From Promethearchaeota archaeon (GTDB lineage Archaea; Asgardarchaeota; Lokiarchaeia; Sigyniarchaeales; SOKP01), in NCBI GenBank assembly GCA_019058445.1, contig JAHPZA010000002.1, positions 64,001 through 128,000 of the forward strand: 64,000 bases of DNA. Reading direction: 5' to 3'. Below the pieces are notes generated by a model. That model did not search any database, was not told the DNA's origin, and saw only the letters and a list, made by a program, of their open reading frames with translations. The position numbers were made by a program, and so were the translations under genes. Shown piece by piece: positions 41,193-51,090 of the stretch (position 1 is the first letter of the stretch; every line of letters starts with the position of its first letter).

Positions 41193-42338
41193 CTAAAATG
41201 CAGGTTTCTTATCCGGTTTGAACTCACTAATACTATCTAGTATGAGCTTATTTAAATTCAGACACGCAAGATCTACTAATTTTGAATAAGGCTCCTCAAG
41301 AATCTTCGCGACCCCTTCTGGAGTTCCATCCCAAATAGGATTTTTTTCCCGAGCAATGATGGGCCTTAATTCTAACTTATGATTATCGGGTAACCCCACT
41401 CTCACAAAATAAACACTCTCATAATGTCGATGCAGACCTTTGCCGAGTCCACCCCATTGTTTTTTTCCTAATTGGTATGTCTCTATCCACCCCAGATCAA
41501 GAGCGATTTCAGGTTTAATGCTTATAGTTTCGCTTGTATCAGAGGGCTTATAATCGAATGATAAGATATTCCACACATTTAACGTCCATTGGGTTTTTAA
41601 TTCTTTTAAAATAATATTGGTAAATTTTTTATAACGATCAATAAAATCCGTAGAATCTTCTTTTCCTACAACCACGGGAACGCTGTATCTCCTTGGGATA
41701 AAACTACACCCTGAGGGACATTTATACTGCCAAGGACCATTCTTTTTTGCGCGCCACTTGTTTTTTTTAAATACATATGAATTATAGAATTTGGGAGCTA
41801 ATCTTTCGGCAATTTTCTCTTTAAGATTCAGTTTTTCAGGCATCGTCTCTTCATGCCATTCTCCTTGCCAATTATCTTCATCAATAATTAGACTAAACCA
41901 ACGCCACCCTCCAATTTGCCTCTTTTTAAATGAGCCTCCTGAATACCCCGGCGCATTTCCTAGAGAAGGACCAGGAAATTGCTCTTTTAAACAGTCTGCT
42001 TTATACAGACCAAAATCATTGGCATCTGATATAGAAACGATTGGTAAATATCTGCTAAAGATCGGTTCAAAAATAGCCCACATTCTTTGGGCCATTCCTT
42101 GAAAAAATGACATGTAGTCGGGATTGTCATACCCTAAGAGCGGTGGTTTGTGCCAACCAAGAATCATTATATTATCTCTTGGATTACAAATAAAATTCCA
42201 CAGCGCAACTTTATCTGGTTTACTCGCTTCTCTGACGATTTTTTTATTAACAGTAGCCTCTATAGAGCAATGTTGTGAAAATTTTTTCTCTTTATCTCTT
42301 ATTAGCTCATATCGTCCTAACCAAAGATATTTTCCCAA
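41193..42338 (-). CDS. Hypothetical Trp/Pro-rich soluble protein
   Basis: 381-aa ORF with TTG start; no family recognised. Confidence 0.7.
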   Translation of the reverse strand: MGKYLWLGRYELIRDKEKKFSQHCSIEATVNKKIVREASKPDKVALWNFICNPRDNIMILGWHKPPLLGYDNPDYMSFFQGMAQRMWAIFEPIFSRYLPIVSISDANDFGLYKADCLKEQFPGPSLGNAPGYSGGSFKKRQIGGWRWFSLIIDEDNWQGEWHEETMPEKLNLKEKIAERLAPKFYNSYVFKKNKWRAKKNGPWQYKCPSGCSFIPRRYSVPVVVGKEDSTDFIDRYKKFTNIILKELKTQWTLNVWNILSFDYKPSDTSETISIKPEIALDLGWIETYQLGKKQWGGLGKGLHRHYESVYFVRVGLPDNHKLELRPIIAREKNPIWDGTPEGVAKILEEPYSKLVDLACLNLNKLILDSISEFKPDKKPAF

Positions 42339-42466
42339 TTATTACAGCTCCGATTGAATTGTTATTACCTTCCCTAGATTATGAAAAAAGTAATTTAAAA
42401 ATGTATTGACAAGCAAAAGACTATAAATAAATCTTCTTAAAAAGAAAAAATAGTTAGATCCAATAA

Positions 42467-42508
42467 TCCGATTTCCTTATATTCCCGCTTGCTGACCCAT
42501 ATTTTGTA
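42467..42508 (-). pseudogene. Remnant of an actin 3' end (YKIWVSKREYKEIG)
   Basis: 31/42 nt identical to 42675-42716, with a 16-nt exact match ATTTCCTTATATTCCC; no in-frame start codon. Confidence 0.7.
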
Positions 42509-42607
42509 ATTTAAAAATATACTGACAAAGCATAATTAAATATAATGATAGTATGAACTAAGAATGAATCATATGATTCAAGAAATAAAGAAAATAAAAA
42601 AAATCTT

Positions 42608-42647
42608 AAAAAAAATAAAATTTTATAAAAAACCCGTTTTTACGGGC
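42608..42647 (-). terminator. Hairpin plus U-tract terminator of the actin gene
   Basis: GCCCGT-AAAA-ACGGGT followed by T-tracts immediately after TAA. Confidence 0.7.
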
Positions 42648-43793
42648 TTAGAAGCATCTGTGGATGACCTGAGGTCCCATTTCCTTATATTCCCTGCGTG
42701 TAACCCACATTCTGTGGAAGGTCTTTAAGGAACTTAAAATTGATCCGCCGATCCATACGGAGTACATACGCTCTGGAGGAGCGATGATTTTTACATCAAC
42801 CGACTCTGGAATCTGTTCTTTAATTTCCTTGGTTAATCGTTCTTTTATACCAGGGAACATTGTAGAACCACCAGAAAGGACAATATTGCTGTAAAGGTCT
42901 CTTCGTAAGTCGACATCACACTCGGAAATAGCTCCTACAATTACGTCATCTAAAGGCTCTAATTCTTTACCAATTACGGATGGATTAAAGAAACACTCTG
43001 GAGCCAAGAATCTCTCGACACCTACATTGATGGTTTCCCCATCAGGAAGCATGTAGCTCTTTTCCATGCCTGCCACTTTCTTGGAAAGCATCATCTCCTT
43101 TTCAGGATCAATTGCGACATAGCAAAGTTTCTCTTTAATGTCTCTTACAATTTCTTTTTCCGCTGATGTGGTAAAGGAATAGCCTTTTTGCCTGAGTAGT
43201 CTCTGTAAATAGGTAGTAATATCTCGTCCTGCAAGGTCAATTCTTTGGATTGCGTGGCTTAACGCGAAGCCCTCGAAAATTGGGACTACGTGTGAAACAC
43301 CGTCCCCGATATCAATAACGCATCCAGTTGTACGACCTGAGGCATATAGGGATAATACTGCTTGCATTGCGACGTAAAGCGCTGGGGTGTTAAAGGTCTC
43401 GAACATAATTTCAGCCATTTTCTCTCGGTTTGGTCTTGGATTTAATGGAGCCTCAGTTAAGAGAACAGGATGTTCTGATGGATCAATACGAAGATCTGTG
43501 TAAAAAGTATAGTGCCAGATCTTTTCCATAGCGGTCCAATCTTCAATTATACCATGTTCTACTGGGAACATTAACTTCAAAACACCTTTGAGTTGCATGG
43601 CTTCTTCTCCGATATAGTATTCACGGGTATAATGTTCAACATCGGTCATTATTGATTCATATTTTGGATAACCAATTAAGGTTGGGAATACTGATCGAGG
43701 TTGATCTTCCCCAGCGAATCCATTTTTTGAGATTCCGGTACCATTGTCAACCACTAACGCTTTTGCATTTAAAAAGCTTTCTTCTTCTCCCAT
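42648..43793 (-). CDS. Actin (lokiactin-type)
   Basis: [58 protein letters not shown] and SVWIGGSIL. Confidence 0.97.
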   Translation of the reverse strand: MGEEESFLNAKALVVDNGTGISKNGFAGEDQPRSVFPTLIGYPKYESIMTDVEHYTREYYIGEEAMQLKGVLKLMFPVEHGIIEDWTAMEKIWHYTFYTDLRIDPSEHPVLLTEAPLNPRPNREKMAEIMFETFNTPALYVAMQAVLSLYASGRTTGCVIDIGDGVSHVVPIFEGFALSHAIQRIDLAGRDITTYLQRLLRQKGYSFTTSAEKEIVRDIKEKLCYVAIDPEKEMMLSKKVAGMEKSYMLPDGETINVGVERFLAPECFFNPSVIGKELEPLDDVIVGAISECDVDLRRDLYSNIVLSGGSTMFPGIKERLTKEIKEQIPESVDVKIIAPPERMYSVWIGGSILSSLKTFHRMWVTRREYKEMGPQVIHRCF

Positions 43794-43894
43794 TTTTATT
43801 CAGCCTTGTTAATTATTAATTTTTTTGTTTTGTTTTGATATATTTTTTGATGAATCAAATTTACATTTATTGTGTTAATTTTTATTTTTAACTG

Positions 43895-43930
43895 TTTTTA
43901 TAACAAATTAGTTTTTTTTTATAACAAATT
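43895..43930. repeat. 15-bp direct repeat TTTTTATAACAAATT x2 with 21-bp period upstream of actin
   Basis: Copies at 43895-43909 and 43916-43930. Confidence 0.7.
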
Positions 43931-44064
43931 TTATTAGATAATATATTGTATGTTTATAAATTTGTTTTAATACAAAACCAAATCTTTTAGTCAAACAATT
44001 GTTTAACTAAATGTTTTTGAGTAAAAACCGTCCTAGGCGGGTTTTTCCGTTTTTTATTGTCGGA

Positions 44065-44087
44065 TTCCTATTTCTCGGAAATAGGAA
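44065..44087. promoter_or_regulatory. Perfect palindrome upstream of the wHTH gene (candidate operator)
   Basis: TTCCTATTTC-TCG-GAAATAGGAA. Confidence 0.55.
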
Positions 44088-44155
44088 ATTACGATAGATT
44101 TTATTTAGAACCATTCTTTTAAGTATTTAAAATAAATTTCTCTAAAACTAGACTT

Positions 44156-44659
44156 ATGAAGTTAGAAAAAAGCTTTCTTGCCATCCGAGTCTTGAAATAT
44201 ATAATGAACAATCCAAACTGCACAATCCCTCAAATCAGAGATTATTTCGGTATAGAAAGCTTTAATCCGCCACAACGTGAGGAGAAAAATTTATATAAAG
44301 TTATCTCTTATCTGGATAATGATGAGTTCATCGCTAAGATAGATAATCCTTCGATGTCATCAAGAGGGGCTCATTTTTTTCTGGAGGTAACACAGAAAGG
44401 AACAGACACAATTTCAGCGTTTAAAGAGCTTTTTTTAGACCTTCCGAGCGATCAAATTAGACCTGAGGATTTATCAACAAGATTTTCTAAGCTCTCTTAT
44501 GGAATTCTTAAGGATGTTTTGTATGGAATACTCAATGAATTGGATTACGAAACAAGACGGATCCTCAATTCAAAAAAACCAAGAATAAATGTGCTTATTG
44601 AAAAATGCCATGCAGAACTTCAAGAAGAAGTATCAAAGATAATTGAATCTTTAAAATAA
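44156..44659 (+). CDS. Winged-helix DNA-binding protein
   Basis: VLKYI..NP..TIPQI, LYKVISYL....FI and wing FLEVTQKG. Confidence 0.7.
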   Translation: MKLEKSFLAIRVLKYIMNNPNCTIPQIRDYFGIESFNPPQREEKNLYKVISYLDNDEFIAKIDNPSMSSRGAHFFLEVTQKGTDTISAFKELFLDLPSDQIRPEDLSTRFSKLSYGILKDVLYGILNELDYETRRILNSKKPRINVLIEKCHAELQEEVSKIIESLK

Positions 44660-44819
44660 TTAATTCTTAAATCAGATAATTCTCGAATATTTGACAACTT
44701 TGTTGAATTAGGGAACTATTTGGGTTAAAAATTTGGTGTAAAAAATTTTCTTTTTATGAAAATCATGCTTTTTGTTTATAAAAAAGTATTTTTAGCAGTA
44801 ATAATATTATATTTTAGGA

Positions 44820-45935
44820 ATGACAGAATCGGACGTAAAAAAGATTCAGAAGCGAATTTATGCATTAGAACGCGAAAACGAGTTATTACGCCAGGAAATT
44901 GAGAATTTCAAAAAGGCTTTAGACAACTTGAAGAAAAATCCATTGATACTCGGCTCAGTTGAGAGGGTATTAGACGATGGGCGCACGATCGTTTCACACT
45001 CACCTGGAAGTAGAATCCTATTGCCCCCAAATGATCTCGTCAATCCATCTGCGGGCGATTCGGTAACCCTCCACCCCCAGAGTTATCAAATTTTAGAGAT
45101 CCTCTCAAGAAAAATCAGGGGGCATGTAGCAGCCATGGAATTATTAGAAACACCAAAAGAGACGTTTGCTGATATTGGAGGGTTAGATGATCAAATTCAA
45201 GCGATTAGAGAAATCATAGAATTACCATTAGTTCATCCAGATTTATTTGAAAAAATAGGCATAGATCCACCCTCAGGAGCCTTATTAGCCGGTCCCCCTG
45301 GAACGGGAAAGACCTTATTAGCGAAGGCAGTTGCAAATACAACCCATGCGCGATTCATTCATCTAGTGGGATCGGATTTAGTCCAAAAATTTATCGGCGA
45401 AGGGTCCAGAATGGTAAGAGAAGTATTTTCCCTTGCAAAAGAAAACACTCCAGCTATCATTTTTATAGACGAGATAGATGCAATTGCGATTAAGAGAACA
45501 AGCGAAGTATATAAAGGAGACCGTGAGGTACAAAGGACTTTCATGCAATTACTCAGTGAATTAGATGGATTTGCTAATATAGAAGGAATTATGTTTTTAG
45601 CAGCTACCAATAGGGAAGATGTATTAGATCCCGCGATTTTAAGACCCGGAAGGTTTGATCGGATAATTAGGTTTGATATGCCGAATGAAGAAGCTAGGTT
45701 AATGATTCTTAAAATTCACACGAGGAAACTGAACATAGATAATAATATTAATTTAAAAGATTTTGCGAAAAGAACCGAAAATTTTAGCGGGGCTCATATT
45801 AAGGCATTATGCACTGAGGCGGGCATGAGATGTCTAAGGGAGCGAAAAACGAAGATAACTCAGAATCATTTTGAGAAAGCATTATTAGAGATTATGGATA
45901 AAGAACATACTGTCAAGGAATATATTTATTCTTAA
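44820..45935 (+). CDS. pan: Proteasome-activating nucleotidase (AAA+)
   Basis: N-terminal coiled coil plus OB domain, [29 protein letters not shown], and C-terminal HbYX motif (IYS). Confidence 0.9.
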   Translation: MTESDVKKIQKRIYALERENELLRQEIENFKKALDNLKKNPLILGSVERVLDDGRTIVSHSPGSRILLPPNDLVNPSAGDSVTLHPQSYQILEILSRKIRGHVAAMELLETPKETFADIGGLDDQIQAIREIIELPLVHPDLFEKIGIDPPSGALLAGPPGTGKTLLAKAVANTTHARFIHLVGSDLVQKFIGEGSRMVREVFSLAKENTPAIIFIDEIDAIAIKRTSEVYKGDREVQRTFMQLLSELDGFANIEGIMFLAATNREDVLDPAILRPGRFDRIIRFDMPNEEARLMILKIHTRKLNIDNNINLKDFAKRTENFSGAHIKALCTEAGMRCLRERKTKITQNHFEKALLEIMDKEHTVKEYIYS

Positions 45936-46051
45936 GTGTTCTTCCTTTAACTATTTGGTAATATTAATATACGTAGCTTTAAATTTATTATATAAAGTAT
46001 AAATAACTGAATTCAATTTCTAGTTTTTAAGAATCGAGATTAGATTAATCT

Positions 46052-47497
46052 ATGGAACTAAATCCCACATATATTAAAGAGAATTTACACAAAATCGGGA
46101 TAAAAGAAGCGTCTGCTTTACTTAAAGAGTGGATAATTAGTTCGAATATTCTTGAATTGAGAAAAGATGCCTTAGAGCTCTTTGGTTCACTCGATGATGG
46201 AAAAAATTTTAAATTTCTTGAGCAGGTATTTCTTTCTGATGAAGATCTGGAAATTAGATTAATAGCAGGAAAAATTTTGGAACATAATTATATGAATCAT
46301 AAGAAATTAATCCCGCTTCTGGAATATTCATTAAAAAAAATTAAAGAGTTTGAACAAAAGTTCCTTGTTGTAGAATTTTTAAACCGAATTGATACGAGTG
46401 CTTCAAGAAAAATTCTTAAAAATTTTCTCAAAACCTATATTAAAGAAAAATTGGGTCGTAAACTACAAGAATTTCCAGAAGAAATTTTCACAAAAGATTA
46501 TCAATTTGCATTACCATCCCAAATCTTAGATATTTGTTTTAACCTAATTTTATATGACTTTTATACCTATGAATGTAGGTATAATATCTCCTTAAGAAAG
46601 GGATTAATCATTCTTTTAAACTGTGAGGGTGCAAATTTAAACAGTATAAAAGAAATAGCTGCTTTGCATCGTCTTTCACATTTAGAACATCTCTTACTTC
46701 ATAGGAATAATATTGAAAAGATCAATGGGTTAGACGATTTAAAAAAGTTAAAGGTTCTGGATTTATCAAACAATACAATTGAGACCATAGAAAATCTTGA
46801 AGGATTACCATTTTTAGAAGAATTAAATCTCTCACAAAATAAAATAGAGACCATAGCAAACTTAAATTCTCTAAAAGATTTGAAAAAATTGAATCTTGCA
46901 TCGAACTTAATCACTGAAATTAAAGGATTGGAGAGTTTAAGGAGTTTAGAAGATTTAAATCTTAATAAGAATAAGATAATGGAAATAAAAAATATTAGTC
47001 ATCTTCTTAATTTAAAAAGATTAAGCATATCATTTAATCAAATTACCTCTATATCTCAAATTGGTGCGTTAGAGAACTTAATTTGGCTAAATCTTAATGA
47101 TAACAAAATATCTCAAATACACGGATTAGATGGTATGCATAATTTAAAAGTACTTAATTTGACAAATAATTTGATAACAAAGATAGAGAACTTAGAAAAT
47201 TTGGAAAATCTAGAAAGATTGGAACTCTCGAATAATAAAATCCAAGAGATTAGAGGGTTGGAAAGTTTATTAAAACTCAATTCATTATATCTTAATGATA
47301 ATAAGATAAAAATTATGGAAGGCATTGATTATTTAGATAATTTAATCATTCTTAATATAGAAAATAATCAAATATCTGAATATAATGATACTTACAAAGA
47401 AAAATTGAAAAAATTATATTATATCTATTTGTCTGGGAACCCTCTCACTCCAAAAAGCTGGATATGCTATAAAAAGCATATGACCAGATATCCCTAA
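46052..47497 (+). CDS. Leucine-rich repeat protein (SDS22-like repeats) with N-terminal HEAT-like helices
   Basis: About 12 copies of a 22-aa LxxLxLxxNxIxxIxxLxx repeat, ending in L.GNP. Confidence 0.9.
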   Translation: MELNPTYIKENLHKIGIKEASALLKEWIISSNILELRKDALELFGSLDDGKNFKFLEQVFLSDEDLEIRLIAGKILEHNYMNHKKLIPLLEYSLKKIKEFEQKFLVVEFLNRIDTSASRKILKNFLKTYIKEKLGRKLQEFPEEIFTKDYQFALPSQILDICFNLILYDFYTYECRYNISLRKGLIILLNCEGANLNSIKEIAALHRLSHLEHLLLHRNNIEKINGLDDLKKLKVLDLSNNTIETIENLEGLPFLEELNLSQNKIETIANLNSLKDLKKLNLASNLITEIKGLESLRSLEDLNLNKNKIMEIKNISHLLNLKRLSISFNQITSISQIGALENLIWLNLNDNKISQIHGLDGMHNLKVLNLTNNLITKIENLENLENLERLELSNNKIQEIRGLESLLKLNSLYLNDNKIKIMEGIDYLDNLIILNIENNQISEYNDTYKEKLKKLYYIYLSGNPLTPKSWICYKKHMTRYP

Positions 47498-47596
47498 AGA
47501 GTATTTTTAAATAATGAGATTTTAGGTAGTGAATTGATTTTTATAATCTAAATTATATTTATATTTCAACAAGCTCAAACAATATATCAAAGAACT

Positions 47597-48430
47597 ATGA
47601 CTCAAGATAATAAAATCACTATGTTTCAACCTCGGTTAATAAAGGAAGATGACATGTATGGTAAAATTGAGGGATATACATTAAATTTAATCAGACCCAA
47701 TATTTATCAATTTGCCTCAAAAGGTGCAGGGTGCCATATTTATCTTATAATAGGTGAGGAATTAAATGTTCTGATAGATACGGGGATTATTTCGAAGTTC
47801 AATAGTTTTAATTATTTGCTTACTACTGAAGTTGGATTACGCGTCGAGGACATTAATCTTGTTATCAATACTCATGAACATTTTGACCACATAAGTTCAA
47901 ATGCCTATTTCCATTGTGCAATTGCTGCACATCGACTGGCAGCTACGAAGATTCAACACACAGATGAATTAATTACAAAAGGAAAAAAATGGGGAATCGA
48001 CTTAACAGATTTAAAAGTAAATATTTGGCTTGAAGAGGGGAATATTATTGATTTAGGCAACGTATTTTTAAAAATAATTGCTACTCCTGGGCATACCTCG
48101 GGGTGCATTTGTGTTTATGATCCCTATAAACACTATATTTTTACCGGAGATACCTTATTCCAAGGATCATCGACGAATGTGTATGAATCTGGCTCCATAT
48201 CGGAATATATTAACTCATTACAACTATTAAATACTTTAAAAATTAGAAGTTTTTACCCAGGACATGGCAATTGGGTAATGGGATTTGATGACGTTAATAA
48301 AGAAATTGAAGATTCAATCCAAAACGCTAAAAAAGAACTTCAAGCTTTTATAGATAAAGTCAAAAGTAAATCTCTTGAATATGCGAGGCCACCTCCCTCT
48401 CTCTATAAAAGAGAGGAAGAAGATTTATAA
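47597..48430 (+). CDS. Metallo-beta-lactamase fold hydrolase
   Basis: THEHFDH, TPGHT, FTGD and PGHG. Confidence 0.9.
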   Translation: MTQDNKITMFQPRLIKEDDMYGKIEGYTLNLIRPNIYQFASKGAGCHIYLIIGEELNVLIDTGIISKFNSFNYLLTTEVGLRVEDINLVINTHEHFDHISSNAYFHCAIAAHRLAATKIQHTDELITKGKKWGIDLTDLKVNIWLEEGNIIDLGNVFLKIIATPGHTSGCICVYDPYKHYIFTGDTLFQGSSTNVYESGSISEYINSLQLLNTLKIRSFYPGHGNWVMGFDDVNKEIEDSIQNAKKELQAFIDKVKSKSLEYARPPPSLYKREEEDL

Positions 48431-48435
48431 TCATT

Positions 48436-49047
48436 CTATAATGGGACCGGTTCGAGTTCAGATTTAGCTCCACAATAATTACAGAATTTTAAATTCTTAA
48501 TATAAAATTCTTGACAGTTTTTACAATATTGAAGATTTTGTTTAATTATTTCCTTAGATACTTTTAAAAAAGCTTTTTCAACATTCTCACCGGTTTTTGA
48601 TGATGTTTCAAGCGGATCCCCTAAACAATCAAATTTCTGGCTTGCCTTTTTAGCTTCTTCGACAGATATTACTCTCTGATCTTCCAAATCAATTTTTGTA
48701 CCAATTAAAATCTTAATTACTTTTTCTATCGCATTTTTATCAATAATCTTAACCCAATTTTTAACATCATTTAAGGATTCTTTATCAGTTATATCGTACA
48801 AAATAAGTGCTGCTGAGGCACCATTGCAGTAAGAAGGAAATAGTGTTCTATATTTCTCTTCTCCACCAAAATCCCAGATATGTAATTCAATACTTATATT
48901 ATCATTTACTTTGACTTTTTTTCGTTTAAAAGCGACGCCTATGGTTGACATGGTTTTTTCGTGAAATACATTATCACAGAATCGAGCGATTAATGAGCTT
49001 TTGCCAACGTCTTTTGATCCAGCAAGAACAATTTTATATTTTAACAT
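48436..49047 (-). CDS. Rab-like small GTPase with C-terminal zinc ribbon
   Basis: GSKDVGKS, STIG, WDFGGE, TKID, ETSSKTG; CKNC...CNYCG. Confidence 0.9.
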   Translation of the reverse strand: MLKYKIVLAGSKDVGKSSLIARFCDNVFHEKTMSTIGVAFKRKKVKVNDNISIELHIWDFGGEEKYRTLFPSYCNGASAALILYDITDKESLNDVKNWVKIIDKNAIEKVIKILIGTKIDLEDQRVISVEEAKKASQKFDCLGDPLETSSKTGENVEKAFLKVSKEIIKQNLQYCKNCQEFYIKNLKFCNYCGAKSELEPVPL

Positions 49048-49206
49048 TTCTAAAGATATTCTTATTTTAAGTTAATTAGAGACGATAATTGTATAAAAAC
49101 TTTTCATAATAAAAAAATGGCAAATTTTCTGGTTAAAATTTAAATCTTCAAATGAAAATCATAACATTTTTGTAAAAATAGCTTTCTTATAAATTCTTAA
49201 ACTCTT

Positions 49207-49773
49207 TCAAGGATTGTTTCGTAAATATTCCTCTATAAACAATTCCATGACTACTTCGTCATAATAAACAGCATCCATATAGAACTGTTTTTTCCTCACT
49301 CCAACCACTCTAAAGCCCATCTTTTCATAAAGATGGAGAGCACGCTCGTTGTTCGAAAAGCAGCTCAATATTATTTTTTCTTTATTATTTAGTTTGTTAG
49401 ATTCTCTAATCGCAATATCAATTAAATTTCTTCCAACACCCATATCCCGATATTTTTCCGAAACAATGATTCCAAGACTACCTACATGTGTTGCAGCTTC
49501 CCATTCTAAGTTTGAAATCTCGCATTGTCCGATAATATCGTAAGGTGGTTTATGATTAGTGATTTCGGCAACGATGCAAACTTCGTGTTCTCGTTTAATG
49601 TTATCATACCATGAATTTTTTTCAATTTCAGTTTTGACAGGGGTAAACACTGGAAGATAGGTTCCCTCTTCTAATACGTTATTAAAATTCCTCCATATGC
49701 CATCTATATCGGATTTTTTGACATGTCTTAAAATTACTGTTTCTTCTGTGTCAATCTTTAGCACTTTTTTCAT
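49207..49773 (-). CDS. GNAT family N-acetyltransferase
   Basis: GIIVSEKYRDMGVG and NERALHLYEKMGF. Confidence 0.88.
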   Translation of the reverse strand: MKKVLKIDTEETVILRHVKKSDIDGIWRNFNNVLEEGTYLPVFTPVKTEIEKNSWYDNIKREHEVCIVAEITNHKPPYDIIGQCEISNLEWEAATHVGSLGIIVSEKYRDMGVGRNLIDIAIRESNKLNNKEKIILSCFSNNERALHLYEKMGFRVVGVRKKQFYMDAVYYDEVVMELFIEEYLRNNP

Positions 49774-49831
49774 TATTTTATTTATAGTTTTACAATTAAA
49801 AATATATATTTCTAAAATTTATTGTATTATT

Positions 49832-50269
49832 ATGGAGAACGAAAAAGATGATACGTCTAATAACGATAAAGAAGATTTAGCCGATGTTTTTAAAAAAGTT
49901 GGTCAAGACAAGGAAAAAGCAGTTGCTAAAGATTTAGTTCAATTAAAACATGTGGATACTAAAAAGCAAGAAGTCAGTCAAGAAACGAAAAAACTTGCGG
50001 ACGCTTTAAAGCAACAAGAAGAGGAGGAAAAACTTTCTAATGATGAAATCACTATTCTCGAGTCATTTATCGGGAAACGATTATTCCTTAGAAGAATCGC
50101 AATAGTTGTGAATCAAAGTAGAATTCCCTTAGGGATTGAACCATTTAAAAAAGAGGATTTAGAAAAATTGCTCGACCGTTTAATTCATTATGATTATATA
50201 GATTATGATATTATTAATGACGAGAGGGTTTATTTTCTAACAGAAAAGGGAAAAGAACATATTCAATGA
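49832..50269 (+). CDS. Hypothetical protein with C-terminal winged helix
   Basis: Likely ATG at 49832, which avoids overlap with the GNAT gene; wing motif YFLTEKG. Confidence 0.6.
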   Translation: MENEKDDTSNNDKEDLADVFKKVGQDKEKAVAKDLVQLKHVDTKKQEVSQETKKLADALKQQEEEEKLSNDEITILESFIGKRLFLRRIAIVVNQSRIPLGIEPFKKEDLEKLLDRLIHYDYIDYDIINDERVYFLTEKGKEHIQ

Positions 50270-50316
50270 TAAGAAAGAAAAACAAATTTGTGATATTGGA
50301 TTTATATTTACACGCG

Positions 50317-50619
50317 TTAGTCCTTTTTTAGTATGAGACGATTAATAGGAATGTCCATATACTCCCCATCAGGAAGCTCTCGTCGTATTGTGAGAGGTAA
50401 TATTTGAGACTTTAACTCCAATTGTGCTATTTTAATCGGATCAATAACATTCATTGGCTTTTCAACTAATATTGGGGCTCCAAAACTTATTTGTAACGCT
50501 CTCGCACCTACAATCCTAGCCTTTTCATATCGGGTTAAGAAGATTGTGCCAATTTTAACATATTCTTGTACTTCTTTATATTTTTTACGTAATTCTCGAG
50601 ATTCTAAGAAGCTTGACAA
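50317..50619 (-). CDS. rpo6: DNA-directed RNA polymerase subunit Rpo6 (K)
   Basis: LTRYEKARIVGARALQIS and PLTIRRELPDG. Confidence 0.95.
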   Translation of the reverse strand: MSSFLESRELRKKYKEVQEYVKIGTIFLTRYEKARIVGARALQISFGAPILVEKPMNVIDPIKIAQLELKSQILPLTIRRELPDGEYMDIPINRLILKKD

Positions 50620-50736
50620 AGTGATTCAAACCTAAAAATAAGTAGTTAAAAAGTAGAAGAATGGATTTGATTTAACTTTTTTGGTTTTTATTTCAACTTT
50701 GTATTCGAAAATAAGAGAAATGGTCAAAATAATAAA

Positions 50737-50874
50737 TGCGCAAGGGGGGATTTGAACCCCCGACCGTCGAGAGCTATGCTTACATAAGCATCACTTTACA
50801 CGGTGTGAGCGTTTAGCGTTTTCCATATATTTTATGTGAAAAATGTCGTTATAGCCAGGCTAAACCACTCGCGC
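50737..50874 (-). tRNA. tRNA-Val(CAC) with two introns (50813-50844 at position 28/29; 50766-50796 at position 44/45)
   Basis: Spliced 75-nt cloverleaf GCGCGAG TG GTTTAGCCTGGCTATAAC G ACACG CTCACAC CGTGT AGGTC GGGGG TTCAAAT CCCCC CTTGCGC A; both junction pairs fit BHB geometry; CCA not encoded. Confidence 0.85.
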
Positions 50875-51090
50875 TTGCAAGATATATTTTACAATGAGCC
50901 ATGAGAATTAAATCTTTCAGATTTCTTTTTTTAAAATAAAGGAGGGTGATAATGAATTATTAAATTATTATTAAAAATTTTTAAGAATTTAAGAATTTTT
51001 TAAGTATTTTGTAGACTCCGCTAATTTATATAATATCTTTAAGTTAATTAATCAATGGTGTTAAAAGAAAGTTTATTTTCGGTGATTTAA

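Noticed and set aside
46680-47440. Nucleotide periodicity suggesting a CRISPR or tandem array
   Set aside because: Explained by in-frame 66-nt LRR coding repeats; no identical repeat-spacer structure was seen anywhere in the window.
50737-50874. tRNA used as an integration site, or carrying one canonical 37/38 intron
   Set aside because: No duplicated tRNA end or integrase is seen, and a single canonical intron cannot rebuild the anticodon stem.
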